From a virus (lineage: Duplodnaviria > Caudoviricetes): 64,000 nt of DNA. This document shows positions 45,602 through 54,247 of this stretch, piece by piece (position 1 is the first letter of the stretch; each line of letters starts with the position of its first letter). Location: IMG/VR virus record IMGVR_UViG_3300025707_000003, positions 141,704 to 205,703 of that record; one strand, given 5' to 3'. A model generated the notes under the pieces. That model was not told the DNA's origin, searched no databases, and saw only the letters and a list, made by a program, of their open reading frames with translations. The translations under genes and the position numbers were made by a program.

Positions 45602-45899
45602 GCCTAAAAGTCGGAGACAAGATATAAGAGAGTTCTTAGTGATACACTTTAAAAGTGAATCACAACCACAGACTGTGGAGAACTGTCTGAACGCTTATAT
45701 CATACAGAGAGATTTGGGTGGAGACTATAAACTCAAAACCAACGAGGTTAAAACATCAAAACCCACTAGCAAAAAGTCTCGTGTTCGACTCAGAGATCAG
45801 ATCGCCCAAGAGCTAGGTGTGGTGAAGCAAATGGGTTTGATATGCCGTCTAAGATATGGTGTCTATGTTAAGAAGTACCCACCTAGCAGATCACCTTAA
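45600..45899 (+). CDS. Small winged-helix-like protein
   Basis: LGVVKQMGLICRLRYGVY C-terminal wing pattern. Confidence 0.5.
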   Translation: MPKSRRQDIREFLVIHFKSESQPQTVENCLNAYIIQRDLGGDYKLKTNEVKTSKPTSKKSRVRLRDQIAQELGVVKQMGLICRLRYGVYVKKYPPSRSP

Positions 45900-46442
45900 A
45901 CGCTTATTGATCTCCCTAACTAATGCAGAAGCGTCATCCTCTGGTTTAAAGTTCGTGTCTAACTCAAAGTTAAACTTCCTGTCTCTGGAACTCACAACCC
46001 AATTACCTTTAAAATCATCATACTCGATTTCGATCATTTCCGTTAGACTCAAACCCTTGCTCGGATAGATTTCGCCACGACCAATGTTTGAGTGTCCAAA
46101 AGTATAGTTTTGGAAATGGCAGTCTGTAAAAGGTTGTTTCTCTTCTAGGAGAGAAACTACTTTTTTGCCATCGTAATGAACCATCACATAGTCCTTAGTC
46201 TTAAAACGACCAGTGATTTCTACCTCCCCACTATTCCCGTCTTGCTTCTTGAACTCAACACTAGAGACATCCCAATCAACACCTGGGTTGTTCTCTTTGA
46301 GGTAACCAATCACATTTTCTTCTATTTCAGAAGCTGTCTCAAAGTACATCTCACTAGAGATAGGTAGCAACTGAGCTGACTTTTCAAGTCTGGCGACTCT
46401 TGATTCAAGGTCATTAATGATTTCTGAAGCTGATCTTCTCAT
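45891..46442 (-). CDS. MRRSASE-leader family protein (member B)
   Basis: MRRSASEIINDLESRVARLEKSA. Confidence 0.85.
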   Translation of the reverse strand: MRRSASEIINDLESRVARLEKSAQLLPISSEMYFETASEIEENVIGYLKENNPGVDWDVSSVEFKKQDGNSGEVEITGRFKTKDYVMVHYDGKKVVSLLEEKQPFTDCHFQNYTFGHSNIGRGEIYPSKGLSLTEMIEIEYDDFKGNWVVSSRDRKFNFELDTNFKPEDDASALVREINKRLR

Positions 46443-46451
46443 GGGTCATTC

Positions 46452-47015
46452 TCAATTCTTTCTATACTCAGCTATAGCAGGTGTAAAATACTCCGATAAA
46501 ATAACCTCTGAGACTAACCCCTTGCGTGTACTCTTGACTCGACCCAAAGTGTCTCGTAATTGTCTAATTTTTGATTCCATACAAAGACATATATTAGACC
46601 CTTTACCAAAATCTTCAGCGTCTAGCTCTAACCAGAAATCAATCTCGTATTTTATTCCCTTTATCATGAAAGAAACATCACCCCCCCCAAGTATGCTTTG
46701 AGAAATTTTCTCGTTATACATAGTCCCAATATTCATATCACTGCTGTTCATATGGAAGTTGTGTACTTTAATGTTTGTCGCACCTTTAGATTTAAGTGCT
46801 TTCATCATTTGTTTAGGGAAAGTCTTTTGTATTTCAATGTCCACACCCCTCGCATACGATAAAAGATATTTTCTCTGTTCATTTAAGTCGCCATAGTCAT
46901 AAGGATAGCCATCGTCTTCTGGATTGCCCTCCTCGTCTTCTGGATAGGATCGTTTTTCAAGTCTAGCGACTCTAGTTTCAAGATTACGGATTATTTCTGA
47001 TGCTGATCTTCTCAT
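46452..47015 (-). CDS. MRRSASE-leader family protein (member C)
   Basis: Start 47015: MRRSASEIIRNLETRVARLEKRS. Confidence 0.85.
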   Translation of the reverse strand: MRRSASEIIRNLETRVARLEKRSYPEDEEGNPEDDGYPYDYGDLNEQRKYLLSYARGVDIEIQKTFPKQMMKALKSKGATNIKVHNFHMNSSDMNIGTMYNEKISQSILGGGDVSFMIKGIKYEIDFWLELDAEDFGKGSNICLCMESKIRQLRDTLGRVKSTRKGLVSEVILSEYFTPAIAEYRKN

Positions 47016-47061
47016 AATGGACACACCTTTCATCTAAAAGATGACGACAATAAATAAACTA

Positions 47062-47922
47062 CTAATCATTGGTTTCACACAAGCCCCACCTAAAACAACC
47101 GATTTCATCTCTTCCTAGTTGTTCATCTGTGAAAAGTTCTTGTAATCCGTCTTGTTTCCCTTTAGCCCAAGATACCGCTTGCCTTATGTTTCCTTTCTTG
47201 AAGAAAGTGGCTTGACTCCCTCGCTCCTCAGATACTCTCTTCTCTAAGTTCTCTAAGTAGTCTATACGATCTGGATCTATTCTAGCCATATTACGAATGT
47301 CTGCTTTATTGGAGTATATACAAGGCCAACATCCAACTCTACTAGAACCCTTTAGATATAGAGGGTTTGGAGAAACACCGTTTTTCTGATGAATGTAAAT
47401 CACATCTTCTTCTGACCATTCTAAAATAGGTCTGATTTGTGTCGCTTCGTCTTGCTCCTCTACATATCCAAAAGTAGATCTTCTGATCGACTCCCCTCTT
47501 CTAATACCTGTGATGTTAATGGGGAACTTTCGGTTCTTTAAGAAAACCTCCACTGCGTAAGTTCGATAACTTACAAGTTTAAGCTCATTAGTACACCATT
47601 TTAAGCGTCCATTCGGGAACATTTTTTTCTGTAATACAGCACTCTCCATACCATAAGCATGATCTTGGTAGTTGAGTTTTTCATTTTGAAGTTTGACTAC
47701 TTCAACCCCCAAAATATCACTAAGGGTATCTACATACTTATATGTCAAAGGGTGTTCCCACCCAGTGTCGCAAAACACTGGAGTGAAAGGTATGTTATGT
47801 GTTTTTAACAACAACCCGACTGCTGTAGAGTCTTTTCCCCCACTACAACTTAAGATTAGAGGTCGATCTGTTTCTTTTAAGAATGCTATCGTTTCTTTTT
47901 CAGTGTTTAGTTCTAATGTCAT
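47062..47922 (-). CDS. PAPS reductase family (PP-loop) protein
   Basis: SCSGGKDS, FCDTGWEH, KWCTNELK, TGIRRGES, RPILEW, RVGCWPC. Confidence 0.9.
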   Translation of the reverse strand: MTLELNTEKETIAFLKETDRPLILSCSGGKDSTAVGLLLKTHNIPFTPVFCDTGWEHPLTYKYVDTLSDILGVEVVKLQNEKLNYQDHAYGMESAVLQKKMFPNGRLKWCTNELKLVSYRTYAVEVFLKNRKFPINITGIRRGESIRRSTFGYVEEQDEATQIRPILEWSEEDVIYIHQKNGVSPNPLYLKGSSRVGCWPCIYSNKADIRNMARIDPDRIDYLENLEKRVSEERGSQATFFKKGNIRQAVSWAKGKQDGLQELFTDEQLGRDEIGCFRWGLCETND

Positions 47923-47942
47923 TGTTCTACCTTTTTAAGAAG

Positions 47943-48003
47943 AGGTTTAATGACATTATACTATTTAAGGTTTAATGACATTATTATACTATTTAAGGTT
48001 TAA
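47943..48003 (-). repeat. Tandem duplication of a promoter-like unit
   Basis: AGGTTTAATGACATTATACTATTTA (25 nt), a 28-nt copy with an extra TTA, then a partial third copy; minus strand reads AAACCTTAAATAGTATAAT. Confidence 0.75.
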
Positions 48004-48112
48004 AATAATCGAATAACCTTTTCCAATCAAGAGGGTGTTTTAATCTGCCGAACTAGTTGTAAGCGATCTTTTGGATCATCTGGTAGGAGATGTGACATCC
48101 AACTTGGTGGAT

Positions 48113-49027
48113 TTAATAATACAGTCTTCTCATAGGTCTAGTGATTGGGCTTGGTCTTCTAACAAAACCATCGTCAAGTCTAGCAAATCTTTTCTTTTCA
48201 ACAGGGTACTTTTTAACTTTAGCTCTGTACTTTGTACCTAACTTGCCCTCTACTTTACCTAGAACTTCACCTCTAGCGATTTCTACAGCCTTAACACCTG
48301 CTGGGTTCGCCAACTTACCATAAGCACTTGCACCCACAAAAAGACCTGTATCTTGATCTTCCCAAAGAACAAAGAAATGGAACTGACCTGCTCTTGAACC
48401 TACTCCCTCTAAATACATTGTACCAATCTCATTATAGTTAGATACACCTGTTTTACTTTCAAGTGCTTGGTAAGCCGATCTGGATAACGCTTCTGTTTTT
48501 GATAAATTATCAGAAGAAATCTCGTTATCAAGTTCCTTTTGTTTCTTATAGTTCTCTCTTCTTCTTGCCTTATCTTCACCCATAGCTTTAGGTTTCGATC
48601 TTGGTTCTCTCAAAAACCACCCTTGATCTTCGGCGTGTTCAGCTTCGCCCACATAACCAGGTTTACCAGACTTTCCCCAACACTCTTTGTGGAAAACTGA
48701 AAAAGGAGCATTTTTCGCACTGCCGAGAGGTAGTCGTTTACCATTCATATTATAGTATCCGTCATAAGCCTCATCAATCTCAACTTTGCCGTTTGGGTGG
48801 ACAACGACCAACTCACTCATCCATTTAGACTTATCAGACCATGCTTTAGGTTGTTTTGGAGTACGAACACCTGGGATAACAGGTAGGGGTGTTGTGTCCC
48901 ATTTAAAGTGGGAAATGATAGACTTGCCACAAGCCATACATTTCCAAGAACTGAACCCTGCTGTTTTTTCAAGACGAGCGACCCTTGTTTCAAGATTATG
49001 GATAATTTCTGATGCTGATCTTCTCAT
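48113..49027 (-). CDS. MRRSASE-leader family protein (member D), Cys/His domain + WGR-like domain
   Basis: MRRSASEIIHNLETRVARLEKTA; CMACGKSI...YDGY...HKECW...DQGWF; FHFFVLW...SAYGKL...KLGTKYRAKVKKY. Confidence 0.85.
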   Translation of the reverse strand: MRRSASEIIHNLETRVARLEKTAGFSSWKCMACGKSIISHFKWDTTPLPVIPGVRTPKQPKAWSDKSKWMSELVVVHPNGKVEIDEAYDGYYNMNGKRLPLGSAKNAPFSVFHKECWGKSGKPGYVGEAEHAEDQGWFLREPRSKPKAMGEDKARRRENYKKQKELDNEISSDNLSKTEALSRSAYQALESKTGVSNYNEIGTMYLEGVGSRAGQFHFFVLWEDQDTGLFVGASAYGKLANPAGVKAVEIARGEVLGKVEGKLGTKYRAKVKKYPVEKKRFARLDDGFVRRPSPITRPMRRLYY

Positions 49028-49100
49028 AATGGTTTTCTCCTTTGGGTTTAAATCATATAAACATGGTGACCAATAAACAAATTACAAAAGGATTTGAATC

Positions 49101-49358
49101 ATGACGAGAGGTAGAAATAAAACACCCGCAGAGAGAGCGTTGGAGGTCATCTGTACTATGGCTGGTGTCTCATTTGAAGAGTTCGAGGAGCAACTTAAGA
49201 AGTCTCAAGGAAACACAGCGACTGAGAGAGCGTTTCCCGAATCCTCATATAAAATGGTCAAGACGAACTACTTTAAGAACAGTTCAATCAGCCAACAGGA
49301 ATGGAAAGACCTGTATCAGCACATCACCAACCCGAAGAGCAACTTTGGGGCTAACTAA
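49101..49358 (+). CDS. Small hypothetical protein
   Basis: 85 aa, RBS AAAGGA. Confidence 0.7.
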   Translation: MTRGRNKTPAERALEVICTMAGVSFEEFEEQLKKSQGNTATERAFPESSYKMVKTNYFKNSSISQQEWKDLYQHITNPKSNFGAN

Positions 49359-49429
49359 TGCCTTTAATCATATAAGAAAGATATCTACAAACCACTACTG
49401 TTCCAATATGAGAAACAGGAGATGAAAAT

Positions 49430-49798
49430 ATGAGTAATAACTTTAGACCCAAGCGAGGTTCAAGTTTCTTCCTTAAATCAATGCCCCGATCACAGTATGC
49501 GTTCGGGATCTGTCTGTCCTCTAAGTCTGATGAAGATGACGAGTATAAGATCATTCGCACAGATTTTGCAGATAATCCTTCGGAAGCTCTCAAACTCGCA
49601 CTCGTACACACAGATATGTTCGACTTCCAAGACACTGACCTTTACGGTGTGGTCGAGTGGGATAAGACGATTGTTAAATCTCTGTCCCGTAAGCAACTTT
49701 TTGGTAAAGGTCTTGAGGTTCGTTTACTCACACATGACCAAGAGCAACCCTCCCCTTTTGTCGAGGAAAGCGTAGAAACTCTCTTCATCGAGGATTAG
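49430..49798 (+). CDS. Hypothetical protein
   Basis: 122 aa, RBS AGGAG. Confidence 0.7.
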   Translation: MSNNFRPKRGSSFFLKSMPRSQYAFGICLSSKSDEDDEYKIIRTDFADNPSEALKLALVHTDMFDFQDTDLYGVVEWDKTIVKSLSRKQLFGKGLEVRLLTHDQEQPSPFVEESVETLFIED

Positions 49799-49802
49799 GT
49801 TT

Positions 49803-49819
49803 GTAACCCCTTGTCTATT
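49803..49819 (+). promoter_or_regulatory. GTAACCCCTT promoter motif
   Basis: GTAACCCCTTGTCTATT upstream of 49841. Confidence 0.7.
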
Positions 49820-49840
49820 AAGTCTTGAAAGGACAACACT

Positions 49841-50128
49841 ATGAAAACACTTACACTTTTTTTTCTTCTTCTTTCCACTGCCTGTACCGATGCTACTTGG
49901 GATAAGTACGCTGTCTTAGGGAATAAGGCAGAGGTCAAGTGCTACTCTGGCCCCTTGCTTATCTTTCATGGGGTCAGCACAGGAAAGATAAGCAATGAGC
50001 AAAACAGCGATGGCTACTTTGCTCGATGGAATGTCATCTCTGTAGACGGAAAATGGAAACACATCGACACTACTAAGCCTGTTAGTGCAGGTGTAAGTGG
50101 GAACTGCACAATCATCTACATCGACTAA
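49841..50128 (+). CDS. Putative lipoprotein
   Basis: MKTLTLFFLLLSTAC lipobox-like signal. Confidence 0.65.
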   Translation: MKTLTLFFLLLSTACTDATWDKYAVLGNKAEVKCYSGPLLIFHGVSTGKISNEQNSDGYFARWNVISVDGKWKHIDTTKPVSAGVSGNCTIIYID

Positions 50129-50170
50129 GCAAGGATCTTATTCATATCACTATATAAAGGAGAACCGAAT

Positions 50171-50638
50171 ATGAACCAGCAAGCCATTGACGCAAAGATC
50201 AAAGAGACACAATCTAAGATCAAAGAGTTGCATCCCAACTCTTGCACCTCATGTTCGGGTAGAGGTGGTCGGATAGTCCCTTCTTGGGAAGACAGTCGAG
50301 ACATCGTACTATGTGGTGGGTGTGTCCTCAAAGGACTTGACCCCCTCGACATGACCAAAGATCTCATCCCCTTTGATTATGAGGGGGAGTACGGTACAGA
50401 ATATATCGAGGAATGCATCCTTGATGGATATGACCCCCGTGAGGTCTCTGAAATGAATGGTCTTGAACTAGAGGATCACTATAAAAATTGCACCTCACCA
50501 ACTCTAAGTGAGGGGATACTTTATGGGGCGTGGACAGGATTGCCTACCTTAGTTCAAAATCTGCTCGACCTAAAAGAAGAGATTCATCAAATACAAAAGA
50601 GGTATGCGAACCTCGTATTATCGGAGGACATAAAATGA
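50171..50638 (+). CDS. Hypothetical protein with CxxC...CxxC
   Basis: CTSCSGRG...CGGC, RBS AAAGGAG. Confidence 0.75.
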   Translation: MNQQAIDAKIKETQSKIKELHPNSCTSCSGRGGRIVPSWEDSRDIVLCGGCVLKGLDPLDMTKDLIPFDYEGEYGTEYIEECILDGYDPREVSEMNGLELEDHYKNCTSPTLSEGILYGAWTGLPTLVQNLLDLKEEIHQIQKRYANLVLSEDIK

Positions 50639-51030
50639 AAGAGATCAAAGCAAAAATCCAAGACATAATGGAAGCCTACCCTAACATGAACATTGAGGGT
50701 ATCTCACTGCCCATATTGTACACTAAGAGGGAGTCTCCTGCTCAACGCAAAGAACGACTCCAAATGCTTCGAGAATCTCTCTTAACTGATGTTGGGTGTG
50801 TAGAGGTGGCTACTGTCATAAAGTGGCTCAGAACCTCAAATAAGGCTCGTAGAACTAAACTGATGAACACTAAGTACAGTAGCTTTGGTCTAAAGACTTA
50901 TGTAGAACAAGATATGGGTGTTGGAATCTCTAATGGTTCATTCATCGTAGGGGCGATGATTTGTGGATGCCGAGCCGAGCAAGTAAAAGCCTCAGAGAAC
51001 GCACACCTCAACTTAAGGGTTAAAGGTTAG
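50635..51030 (+). CDS. Conserved-type phage hypothetical protein
   Basis: ATG 50635 after GGAGG; YSSFGLKTYVE...SNGSFIVGA pattern. Confidence 0.65.
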   Translation: MKEIKAKIQDIMEAYPNMNIEGISLPILYTKRESPAQRKERLQMLRESLLTDVGCVEVATVIKWLRTSNKARRTKLMNTKYSSFGLKTYVEQDMGVGISNGSFIVGAMICGCRAEQVKASENAHLNLRVKG

Positions 51031-51320
51031 CCCTCAACTCTTAGGGAGATCTCATCTCGAAGAACAGGTTCAACTAAAGCAAAGATCGCTTCATCTAAAG
51101 ACTCGTGTGTGGATTTATTCTCAAGGTAGACAACAACCCACTCTGAGGCATCCCTCCTAAGCACCACACTCAAACCTCGCTCGGTAATCAATGTGATGGA
51201 GGTAGGGGAGAGGTTTAAACGCACCCTAAGAGCAGTTTCTACCCCCCCTCTAGGGAAACTACCCAATGGGGCAGAAAACAAGCTCTTAACGATTTTTATG
51301 GCTTCATTTAGTGTTCTCAT
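51027..51320 (-). CDS. Small hypothetical protein
   Basis: Start MRTLNE at 51320 after AAGGAGG. Confidence 0.7.
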   Translation of the reverse strand: MRTLNEAIKIVKSLFSAPLGSFPRGGVETALRVRLNLSPTSITLITERGLSVVLRRDASEWVVVYLENKSTHESLDEAIFALVEPVLRDEISLRVEG

Positions 51321-51379
51321 AGACACCTCCTTCATATAAGGATTGATGATAGATAATCTATGAGGAGATAGAGTAATGT

Positions 51380-51397
51380 GTAACCCCTTATCTATGA
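51380..51397 (+). promoter_or_regulatory. GTAACCCCTTAT promoter motif
   Basis: GTAACCCCTTATCTATGA, then a GGTCG/CGACC hairpin and CTCCCAAACGGAG. Confidence 0.75.
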
Positions 51398-51449
51398 GAT
51401 AATATAAGGGGTCGATAACCGACCACACCACTCCCAAACGGAGAACAAA

Positions 51450-51941
51450 ATGAATACTCTAAAAACCAAAATCGCATCCAGCCTCTCAGTCACCTCAGCC
51501 ATCATGCTAGTGATCATCCCGATGGTCATGGTTGTGTCTTGCATAGACACATTCAATAATGATTTGGGGGGGATCGAGGACGAGATTAGAGAGATCAACC
51601 GATCTGTCCAAGCTCAGATGTATGTCTGTGATGGTATCGAAGAGCCTGTCTACTATCGGGGGAGGAAAAGGTACAACGGGAATCACACCCGTTATCACAG
51701 GTACCAGTCAACAACGACTGGTCAAATGTATCGCCCCCGCCACAGACCCATCTGTCAAGAGTTAGGGGAAAGACCTTTCACAGAAGATAACCTTGAGCGA
51801 ATCGCACAACTCAACTCTGAGATTTGCAAGGAAGGTGACGACCTATGGTACAGAAACTTGTGGTTCATCTGTCTTTGGGTCTTCTTCCTTGGATTCAATT
51901 TCTACCTCCATAGGGGAGATCGTAAACAACCTCGATTATAA
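51450..51941 (+). CDS. Two-TM membrane protein
   Basis: Hydrophobic N- and C-terminal segments. Confidence 0.75.
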   Translation: MNTLKTKIASSLSVTSAIMLVIIPMVMVVSCIDTFNNDLGGIEDEIREINRSVQAQMYVCDGIEEPVYYRGRKRYNGNHTRYHRYQSTTTGQMYRPRHRPICQELGERPFTEDNLERIAQLNSEICKEGDDLWYRNLWFICLWVFFLGFNFYLHRGDRKQPRL

Positions 51942-51943
51942 TG

Positions 51944-54247
51944 TTAAGGGGTGATCGCTAGGTTCTGACCTCTAGGTGGGCAGAAGGTCAAGAAAGGTAT
52001 CCCCAAAATTGGATGGATGTCCGACCCACATATGATAGGGCCAACTGACGCTCCTGGCGAACCAATCACTACAGATGCTCCACTGATAGACACATTAGCG
52101 TTTCCCCTTAACGCAACCACATTAGCTGTCATCGCAATGACTGTACCTGCTGTGGCTACAACTGCACCAGCAGGAGCAAGGAACTTAGTGCCTGTAGGAT
52201 CAGTCATTTGAACAGTCGTTCCCACAACTGTTTGGTCAGACCCTGCCACAATGGTTTTAGTCTCTGTACCTACAGCAATCGTCTTAGTGTTCGTAGCAGG
52301 CCCAATGTATATTTCTGACTTACCTCCAAACGCATTGGTGTATGAGTCAGAGGGTAAACCTGCACCACCCGTTACAGGAGACTCGGTTACTGTTACTTTA
52401 CGAGCTGGTGATGCCAACGCATTAAACCCTGCTGGTCCTCCACACACTTGCTCAAAGCTACCCATTGAGGATTGCTTAATCGTGTCTGCTGTCTGTGATA
52501 ATCCTGCACCAGTATTAAACTCCATTTGATCTGACGAAGCTAACCTTACTTGACCGACCTGTGAGAAATCTACAATAGGAGCTTTGAACGCTATTGCTGT
52601 ACCCGACTGTATGCTAATCCTTTTAGTTCCTTTGATGATGACTGATACTGAAGCATCCGAACCATCTAAGGGATCTCCCTCCTCACTACCCGAACCATTG
52701 ACTTCAACAGCCCCTAAAGAGCTAATGGTCGTCTTTGTTGTGGTTGCGAAGGTTGATTTATCACTCTGCACAAGCAGGTCATTATTAACCTCTAACAACG
52801 CTCCACCCTCTACTCTAGCTTCCATAGCATCTTGTGAAGGACTAGAAATGTTAGCCTTGAACTTCCCTCCTTTTGTGAAGGACACAAAAGAGTCGGCTAT
52901 ATTAGGTACGACAGGTGTAACTCTTAAAAGAGTAGCGGCATGATCCGAGAATGGTGTAGATTCATTCGCCACACCAAGCGTTGTTAAAGAAGGTACGACA
53001 GGTAGTCCGTAGTCCTCTTTACCCTTCGCTGAAAAAGCATCGTTGCCTACAGGTGTTCCTAACACCCACTCAATAAATGGAGGTGCGTTATTTACATCAG
53101 GTCGATTACTTGCCCTATCGGAATCAAACCCATCTGTCTGTTCTGTCACAGGCAGACTTCCATCTGCCGTGTGATTCATTTCTATACGATACTCGGTAAA
53201 GGCTAGACCGTTATTAAAAGCATTTTTACCAAACTCATTACCAACACGAAGGATAGACTTCCCACCATAAATGATGTCGCCTTCTCTGTTTAACTCATCA
53301 TAGTTCTCATCCACAAACCCTGCGTTATACAAGAATACATACGGATCTAAATGCGTAGGGAAATCCCCATTAAAACCAGTACGCTCTCCCTCAATGTTTA
53401 CACCTAACCCGTCAAAATCTTCTCTTTGAAAAACTGGGTGGGGCTGTAGTTCTCCTTGTTCTAAAGGGTTCTTGAAACCCTCACCACCACTGAAAGGGTT
53501 ATAAGGATTACCCTCAGAGTCTATCTGTATGTCGGCATCCCACTTGATCCCGTCAGAGAACATCTCTCTCGGTAGAGTTCTAGCATCTCTCTGAACCATG
53601 CCTGCGTACACCCTAGCTCCCGACATCGCATGGAACTGTTGTAAAGACCTCATCACAATCGCTTGGTCTTGATCCCTTATGATGATCTCATTGGCTCTCC
53701 TATTACTCAATAGAACGCTCTCATCAAGTACCATATCAGCCCCTTGAGATGAACTCGCTCCTATATTGCCAGGTGAGAAATGTCTCATCTTATGTCGAAC
53801 ACGCTGATGGAAGTTTTGGACAATCTGTCTGTTCTTATTGTCCTCTAGGACACCCTCTTGAGGATCAAACCCTTGAGTCATGTGCCAATCATGTCTAACC
53901 CAAGGTGTTGAAGGCCACCACGCTAATATCGCAGGTGTCTTACCCGCTGTACCTGCTCTCGTGTCATTCGCAAACCAACCCACAACACACTGATCCCCTA
54001 TCTCTGGTATACCTCCCATAAAGTGTCGGTTGCCCATAGAGGGCATCAATAACTCAACCCCTGTTAAAGCTCTCGTGTCCGCACCACTCCCGTTAAGGAT
54101 TTCTAAAGTGCATCTCATCTCCTCCCAATGCATCTCTACAATCTGTGCAATGCACATAGAGAGAGCTGACCAACCCCTACTTGAATCAGCAGACTTACTC
54201 TCAATCGCTTTCTGTTCCCTCATTAAATTTACATCAGTCATTATCAT
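51944..54247 (-). CDS. Baseplate central spike (gp5/gpV-like)
   Basis: OB-fold-like PEIGDQCVVGWF, then beta-helix-like Ser/Thr/Gly/Val repeats; follows the hub gene. Confidence 0.7.
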   Translation of the reverse strand: MIMTDVNLMREQKAIESKSADSSRGWSALSMCIAQIVEMHWEEMRCTLEILNGSGADTRALTGVELLMPSMGNRHFMGGIPEIGDQCVVGWFANDTRAGTAGKTPAILAWWPSTPWVRHDWHMTQGFDPQEGVLEDNKNRQIVQNFHQRVRHKMRHFSPGNIGASSSQGADMVLDESVLLSNRRANEIIIRDQDQAIVMRSLQQFHAMSGARVYAGMVQRDARTLPREMFSDGIKWDADIQIDSEGNPYNPFSGGEGFKNPLEQGELQPHPVFQREDFDGLGVNIEGERTGFNGDFPTHLDPYVFLYNAGFVDENYDELNREGDIIYGGKSILRVGNEFGKNAFNNGLAFTEYRIEMNHTADGSLPVTEQTDGFDSDRASNRPDVNNAPPFIEWVLGTPVGNDAFSAKGKEDYGLPVVPSLTTLGVANESTPFSDHAATLLRVTPVVPNIADSFVSFTKGGKFKANISSPSQDAMEARVEGGALLEVNNDLLVQSDKSTFATTTKTTISSLGAVEVNGSGSEEGDPLDGSDASVSVIIKGTKRISIQSGTAIAFKAPIVDFSQVGQVRLASSDQMEFNTGAGLSQTADTIKQSSMGSFEQVCGGPAGFNALASPARKVTVTESPVTGGAGLPSDSYTNAFGGKSEIYIGPATNTKTIAVGTETKTIVAGSDQTVVGTTVQMTDPTGTKFLAPAGAVVATAGTVIAMTANVVALRGNANVSISGASVVIGSPGASVGPIICGSDIHPILGIPFLTFCPPRGQNLAITP

